From: a virus
Taxonomy: Duplodnaviria; Caudoviricetes
Length of the DNA stretch: 29,700 bases
Strand: one strand, 5' to 3'
IMG/VR virus record: IMGVR_UViG_3300047669_001396
Span: 1-29,700 of that record
A program made the position numbers and the translations under genes. Below the pieces are notes generated by a model. That model saw only the letters and a list, made by a program, of their open reading frames with translations, ran no database searches and was not told where the DNA came from. This document shows, in pieces, positions 25,121 to 29,700 of this stretch. How positions within the stretch are numbered: the first letter of the stretch is position 1; the number at the start of each line of letters is the position of its first letter.

Positions 25121-26671
25121 TTAACCTGTAACTACCACTCTGTATGCACTGCTCGCTGGAGCAGTAGAGAACGACACAGTGCAAGTGTCTGTGTCAGTCC
25201 TTACAACATCAGTAATCACTGTGTCATAAGAAGAATTGTCATACACCTGAACCGACACATCGCGAGTACCTAAACCATGTGTAATAACGAACGATGTAGC
25301 CGAAGCATTGCCAACACTTTGAGCCACAATCCGGCCCAAAACTGGAGCAATGGTGCTTCGTGAAGAACCCGAACTATCCCCAATAGCCAAGAAGGCGTTG
25401 CTTCGGGCTAGAGCAGACGTTGTAGTGCCAGTACCACCATTGGCGATAGGCAAAGTTCCAGTTACGCCACCTGAACCACTTCCTGCCAAATCGGAGGCAT
25501 CAGCGGAAAGAACACCGGAAGTAAAGGTAATACCGGTACCAGCGATATCAGACTTGATCGCCAAACCACTACTCGTTGTGGTTAGACCAGAAATACCAGA
25601 ATTAAGTTTGATTTGAAGACTGTCAGAGGAAGTCTCAATACCTCCAGCGGCAATCACGTTGATCGACAAAACACCACTTGCAATTGCAAGACCGTCGCCC
25701 GCAGCCGTGGTCGAAATCGAAAGAACACCACTTGAGTATGTAATCCCGTCCCCAGCAGTGGTACTAGCGAGAGCAACATCGTTAGCGTTGACCGTGATGC
25801 CATCCCCGGCGACCACATTGAGAGTGTCGCCACTCTTAGTTAGACCAGCACCAGCGTCGATTTGGCCAGCACCTGAGAATTGTGAGAAAACCAGATCATC
25901 GGTGCCGATCGTGTAAGACCCGCCACCCGTCTTGGCTTGAAGCACATAACCCCGGTTGGCATTCGCCGTGCCTCGTTCTACGAAGAAGAAAGCACCAGCC
26001 GTAGCCTCTGCCGAAGTATCAAAATCTGTGGCTCGTGTTGGAGCGCCAGAAGCGTTTACCGTATAAACACCATTTTCAGAAGCGTCAGCCTGATCTTTAA
26101 GCAGAACCCTGTTTCCTGTTGCGAGAGTAATCCCGTCAATGGCGTCACCGTTCTCAAAACCACTAGCAAGGGTTCCCGCAGCCGTTGTAGCAACAACAAC
26201 TGATTCTTTTGGATCTAAACCAGCGGCACGATCATCGACATAACCCTTATTGGCTGCATCAGCGGCATCAGTTGGTGCCGCCAAGCCAGTAACTTTCGTA
26301 ACATTGACAGCATTGCTGCCATCACGCTTCATAATCGTAGAAGCGGTATCAGCCTCAGTAGCGTTGTTGACTAGCGTATAATGCGCTGTGGGCATAAGCC
26401 CGTCAGTGGAACCATTGGCATTAGCAACGGCTATCGCCGGAGCACCCGTCGATCCGGAAGTAACAGTAAGTGCTGTAGTCCCAGAAGAAACCCCAGTTAC
26501 AATCTGTTTCCACGCAGAACCGTTATAAAGTTTGAGAATATTGTTGGTTGAATCATAAATCGTCCAACCTTCGAACTCTCCGGAACCGGGATCGCCAGCA
26601 GAGAACTGCAACTTCGCGTTCTGAAGTTCGTTCTGGTTTAGATTTAGATTAGTAACAAACTTTTGTGCCAT
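25121..26671 (-). CDS. Phage tail fibre / structural protein (516 aa)
   Basis: DAANKGYVD, DG..L.TGNRVLLKDQ..ASENGVY...TRATDFD, AGAGLTKSG/AGDGI repeats, GTLPIANGGTG; shares a module with the 1783-aa fibre. Confidence 0.8.
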   Translation of the reverse strand: MAQKFVTNLNLNQNELQNAKLQFSAGDPGSGEFEGWTIYDSTNNILKLYNGSAWKQIVTGVSSGTTALTVTSGSTGAPAIAVANANGSTDGLMPTAHYTLVNNATEADTASTIMKRDGSNAVNVTKVTGLAAPTDAADAANKGYVDDRAAGLDPKESVVVATTAAGTLASGFENGDAIDGITLATGNRVLLKDQADASENGVYTVNASGAPTRATDFDTSAEATAGAFFFVERGTANANRGYVLQAKTGGGSYTIGTDDLVFSQFSGAGQIDAGAGLTKSGDTLNVVAGDGITVNANDVALASTTAGDGITYSSGVLSISTTAAGDGLAIASGVLSINVIAAGGIETSSDSLQIKLNSGISGLTTTSSGLAIKSDIAGTGITFTSGVLSADASDLAGSGSGGVTGTLPIANGGTGTTTSALARSNAFLAIGDSSGSSRSTIAPVLGRIVAQSVGNASATSFVITHGLGTRDVSVQVYDNSSYDTVITDVVRTDTDTCTVSFSTAPASSAYRVVVTG

Positions 26672-26684
26672 GTCAACCCCGGAA

Positions 26685-27170
26685 CTACGTCAAATAAGCC
26701 GATCCTGAAAATGCCGCAGAAAACGTCACAGTAACCTGCGTATCTGAGTTGTATTGTACATCACCTACCACGACTGTACCGGTAGAATCTACAACAGTTA
26801 CCGAAGGGCGACCACCTAAAGTGTGTACAACCGTCCAAGTCGTTGCTGCCGATCCTTGCGTATGAATATACCGATCGGCCCCAGTCAACGTAATGTACGT
26901 TGCAGGCCATGCTCCACTTGCTTTTGGACCGTATAAACGAGCCTCCCCGCTTGCAGCAATCTGCCAGATATACCAATTTCCATCAGCCCCAGTAAGAACA
27001 GCAGGTGCCGTAACACCAGTCAACAGCCCGCCCTGTTGACCACCAGCAGTAGCGAGAACCTTCACATAAATTTTGTTTGGGGCAGCGGCAGATGTAGTAA
27101 CAATATTACGCGATTCCTCTGCCGTAATATTATTTAAAACTTCTGCAACGTATACCGTATAATCACTCAT
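26685..27170 (-). CDS. Phage structural/tail-associated protein
   Basis: 161 aa; G.DGNWY....LYGPKASGAWP and C-terminal HTQGSAATTWTVVHTLG..PSVTVVD beta domain. Confidence 0.7.
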   Translation of the reverse strand: MSDYTVYVAEVLNNITAEESRNIVTTSAAAPNKIYVKVLATAGGQQGGLLTGVTAPAVLTGADGNWYIWQIAASGEARLYGPKASGAWPATYITLTGADRYIHTQGSAATTWTVVHTLGGRPSVTVVDSTGTVVVGDVQYNSDTQVTVTFSAAFSGSAYLT

Positions 27171-27514
27171 GTCGTTACATTCTCATCAAGATTAAAAAGA
27201 CCTTGCAATAATCTTTCCACTACAGCAGTAGCACCAATCAACTCTAAATCATATATGCCACTGAACTGTAGCGCCGCAGTATCCGCAGCACTTATCGTCA
27301 AACTCACCGTTCCCGTATCCGGGTTAATCACAATCCGACCATTCTCCGTGGTCAATTCAATTAAAGCAGCGGACGCTGCTAAATCCTTACGCACCTGCAT
27401 ACGGGCCGTATAGCCCGCCAAAGTACGAATACTGTCATCAAAATTCGTTACCTCTACCTCACGAGTGAAAGTAGCGCCTTGTTCACAAGTAAAATTATAG
27501 ATACCGGCAGGCAT
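27167..27514 (-). CDS. Small Ig-like baseplate/tail-associated protein
   Basis: YNFTCEQGATF...LAGYTARMQVR...GTVSLTISAADTAAL....YDLEL.....V.RLLQG, a pattern typical of phage tail-region proteins; GAGG RBS. Confidence 0.7.
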   Translation of the reverse strand: MPAGIYNFTCEQGATFTREVEVTNFDDSIRTLAGYTARMQVRKDLAASAALIELTTENGRIVINPDTGTVSLTISAADTAALQFSGIYDLELIGATAVVERLLQGLFNLDENVTT

Positions 27515-27588
27515 TTAAAGACCTCATTAAAGATAGTTTGGAAAATCTACTCTGTGCCTTCACAGATCTCCCCTTTAAACAGTGTACA

Positions 27589-27849
27589 TCATTCATTAGT
27601 TATATCTGGGTTAAAGTTGGGGTTATAAAACTGGTCATCAAAAAACCGTTCCCCATATTGCAACAACCCATAAACCGCCCACGGTGTAGCAGTGGGACTC
27701 GTGGAAACAAGCAGGGTGTTTCCTTCATCTGTCATAACCTCTGCGATCACAACATAGTCCTTGACAACGGCGGGGAGACCCTCGCCCATTTTGTCAGCAA
27801 TCTCTATATCAACGATTTGCTTGCAAGGATCATCAGGTTCGTCTGTCAT
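27589..27849 (-). CDS. Hypothetical protein (acidic, 86 aa)
   Basis: Fills the gap on the operon strand; plausible composition. Confidence 0.6.
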   Translation of the reverse strand: MTDEPDDPCKQIVDIEIADKMGEGLPAVVKDYVVIAEVMTDEGNTLLVSTSPTATPWAVYGLLQYGERFFDDQFYNPNFNPDITNE

Positions 27850-27870
27850 GAATAGATGTTACTCCATCTC

Positions 27871-28620
27871 TTAAAGATCAGCGTCAGTAACTCTTTGATG
27901 TTTACGATAGAGACCCTTCATGGAGAACTTACTTATCGACCCATGGTTTTGACCCCGTGCATTTCCATCTCTAAACATCCCTGCATCACCAAGAATTATG
28001 TCTTTGATTTGATCGTTGCGTTTAAAAGGAATTAGATGATAGATCGGAGTACCCGCCTTGATTACAAAGGTTTCATCAGTCATCACCCGTAAAACGACAT
28101 GCATACTGTGGTAATAATCTGAATGAACCACTCCCGGTAGCACTTGATATCTGGGATCAGGCTCATAGGCGACAGGCAGACAAAGCATTGAATAGCCGGG
28201 AGCAGTTTTAAACAAAAATGGGTTAACGATTTTAGGCCAATGTGCTTTAGGCCGATCCCTGTCATCATTGATGGGGCAACCGCGAGTGGCCTTATAGGGA
28301 AATCCCTCCACACGGAAAGCCCTGTCGCTGGTTTCGGCCATCACATCTTCTGCACCCATCGGGCCGACCCGAATATCACACCACAACGGAACCGTTAGCC
28401 CCTGAGTTAAATACTCTTGAATACCCTTGCAACTATTGATAGTGCCGGGTTCCAAAATTTCTTCGTTCTTGAACCATTCCGGCCACCCGGAACCATTCAC
28501 ATACGGAGGAAATTCCAACAGTCGATTGTCACTTGGGATGACAAGGACTTCTCCGGGTTTGACCTTTGGCCAATCCCCGTAATATCTAATTTTGTGTAAG
28601 TTCTTTAAGCGTTTCAGCAT
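27871..28620 (-). CDS. Hypothetical phage protein, distantly DUF6065-like
   Basis: PEWFK...T...C.G....L..G..VPLW.D, KIVNPF...TAPGYS, LPGVVHSDYY, IKAGTP...LIPFKR. Confidence 0.7.
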   Translation of the reverse strand: MLKRLKNLHKIRYYGDWPKVKPGEVLVIPSDNRLLEFPPYVNGSGWPEWFKNEEILEPGTINSCKGIQEYLTQGLTVPLWCDIRVGPMGAEDVMAETSDRAFRVEGFPYKATRGCPINDDRDRPKAHWPKIVNPFLFKTAPGYSMLCLPVAYEPDPRYQVLPGVVHSDYYHSMHVVLRVMTDETFVIKAGTPIYHLIPFKRNDQIKDIILGDAGMFRDGNARGQNHGSISKFSMKGLYRKHQRVTDADL

Positions 28621-29698
28621 GATCTTTCACCGGTTGAGAATTTCGCGATTCACGCAAATTCCATAAGTAGTTATCGGTCACATCGTTCAAACCTAACGCA
28701 TCAATCGAATCTTGTGCTGCTTTTCGACTAATCACTCCCTGCCCTTGCCCCACATAATAGAAATGTGGAAAGCCAAACAGATTCCACATCCCGTGGACAT
28801 CCGACTCCACAGGCGCTCTTTCAGCCCAGACACCTAACAAGTGTTCCAACTCTTCCGGCATCGGCATTTCCTGCTGTGCAATCCAGAATGGGGAATCATC
28901 ACGATCCGATATGTAATGCAACCTGATCATGCTAAGAATGTTCAACATCATCTTTTCAAACGTGTGGTTGTACTCCTTCGCCACCCATGTGTGACCTTTC
29001 CGAAAAGACGCCAATGGTGCTATTAAAGCAAAACATTGATTAATCGTAGTTCCGATAGAAGTCGCTTCCAGCGGTTCAACAAATGAACCAGACAGTCCGA
29101 TTGCAACACAGTTACCTACCCACGCTTTTTCTAAATAGCCGGGATCGAACTTGAATTGTTTGAAGTCCGATAGTTGGTCGTCCAACAATTCTTCCATTTC
29201 ATGAACTGCTTCCCCTTCTGAGCAGTGTTGAGAAGAATAGACGTAACCATTTCCTCGTTCTATCTGCGTGGGGATCTCCCAAGCCCAGCCCGATTTCATC
29301 GCTCGCGAACGGGTATAGGGTCTGATTTGTCCGCTTTCATCTGGTGGGGTTCGGAAAGCAATAGCAGAATCGGTCAATAGATACTTTCCAAACGAATTCC
29401 ATTTCTCATCCGGCAAACGCGACATGAGAACTCTATTGAACCCAGATGCATCAATCCAAAAGTCGGAAGTGAGTTTTTCTCCGTCTGCGAGTTCGACACT
29501 CCCAACCCACTCTTCCGAAACGTTGACTTTTTTGACTTCTCCATCAACGAACTTGATTCCTCGTGCCTTTGCTTTAGAAACAAAGAAATCGTTAAGTTCT
29601 TGAGTGTCAAAATGAAACTGGTTCACACCACGGTGGGGATAGACCGCCTGTACTTTGTTCTCCCGTATCCCCAAAGGAGAAATAGCATCTGTCATCAA
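28586..29698 (-). CDS. Flavin-dependent halogenase, tryptophan-halogenase family; N-terminus lies beyond the window edge
   Basis: DFWIDASGF, PYT.S.AM..GWAWEIP (WxWxIP), R.GNGYVYS, W.GNCVAIGLS..FVEPLEATSI; the GxGxxG FAD motif is not in the window. Confidence 0.9.
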   Translation of the reverse strand: MMTDAISPLGIRENKVQAVYPHRGVNQFHFDTQELNDFFVSKAKARGIKFVDGEVKKVNVSEEWVGSVELADGEKLTSDFWIDASGFNRVLMSRLPDEKWNSFGKYLLTDSAIAFRTPPDESGQIRPYTRSRAMKSGWAWEIPTQIERGNGYVYSSQHCSEGEAVHEMEELLDDQLSDFKQFKFDPGYLEKAWVGNCVAIGLSGSFVEPLEATSIGTTINQCFALIAPLASFRKGHTWVAKEYNHTFEKMMLNILSMIRLHYISDRDDSPFWIAQQEMPMPEELEHLLGVWAERAPVESDVHGMWNLFGFPHFYYVGQGQGVISRKAAQDSIDALGLNDVTDNYLWNLRESRNSQPVKDHAETLKELTQN

Positions 29699-29700
29699 TG

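Larger units (their letters stand above)
1..29700. mobile_element. Tailed bacteriophage (or prophage) genome segment: tail-fibre module, accessory oxygenase island and holin
   Basis: Mtd_N-like tail fibre, additional tail-type proteins, r1t-type holin, dense overlapping genes (ATGA couplings), no housekeeping genes. No integrase or att site in the window, so free phage and prophage cannot be distinguished. Confidence 0.85.

Overview
Segment of a tailed-phage genome, probably from an actinobacterial host (inferred from an r1t-type holin, a PASTA domain and an actinobacterial-style lipoprotein). On the minus strand, from the right edge, lie a flavin-dependent (tryptophan-halogenase-family) halogenase, a DUF6065-like protein, several tail/baseplate-type genes and a 1783-aa repetitive tail fibre with an Mtd-like N-terminus. 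Directly after the fibre is a 164-aa protein made of a PASTA-like domain plus 19 perfect xFPP tetrapeptides, (YFPP)3(FFPP)7(HFPP)6(FFPP)2(YFPP). This gene leads into a ~16 kb block of modifying enzymes in two convergent operons: 10 2OG-Fe(II) oxygenases (8 prolyl-4-hydroxylase-like, 6 of them one paralog family), 3 TauD/CAS-like dioxygenases, 2 glutathione-peroxidase-like proteins, a DUF6065 protein, a PaaI thioesterase, a Rossmann-fold domain, a methyltransferase-like protein and small paralogous proteins. The left end holds a holin, a membrane protein and a large lipoprotein with a papain-like Cys-His-Asp motif set that the ORF track missed. Main hypothesis (inference): a phage-encoded post-translational tailoring system that hydroxylates or halogenates a Pro/aromatic-repeat virion adhesin or RiPP-like precursor.
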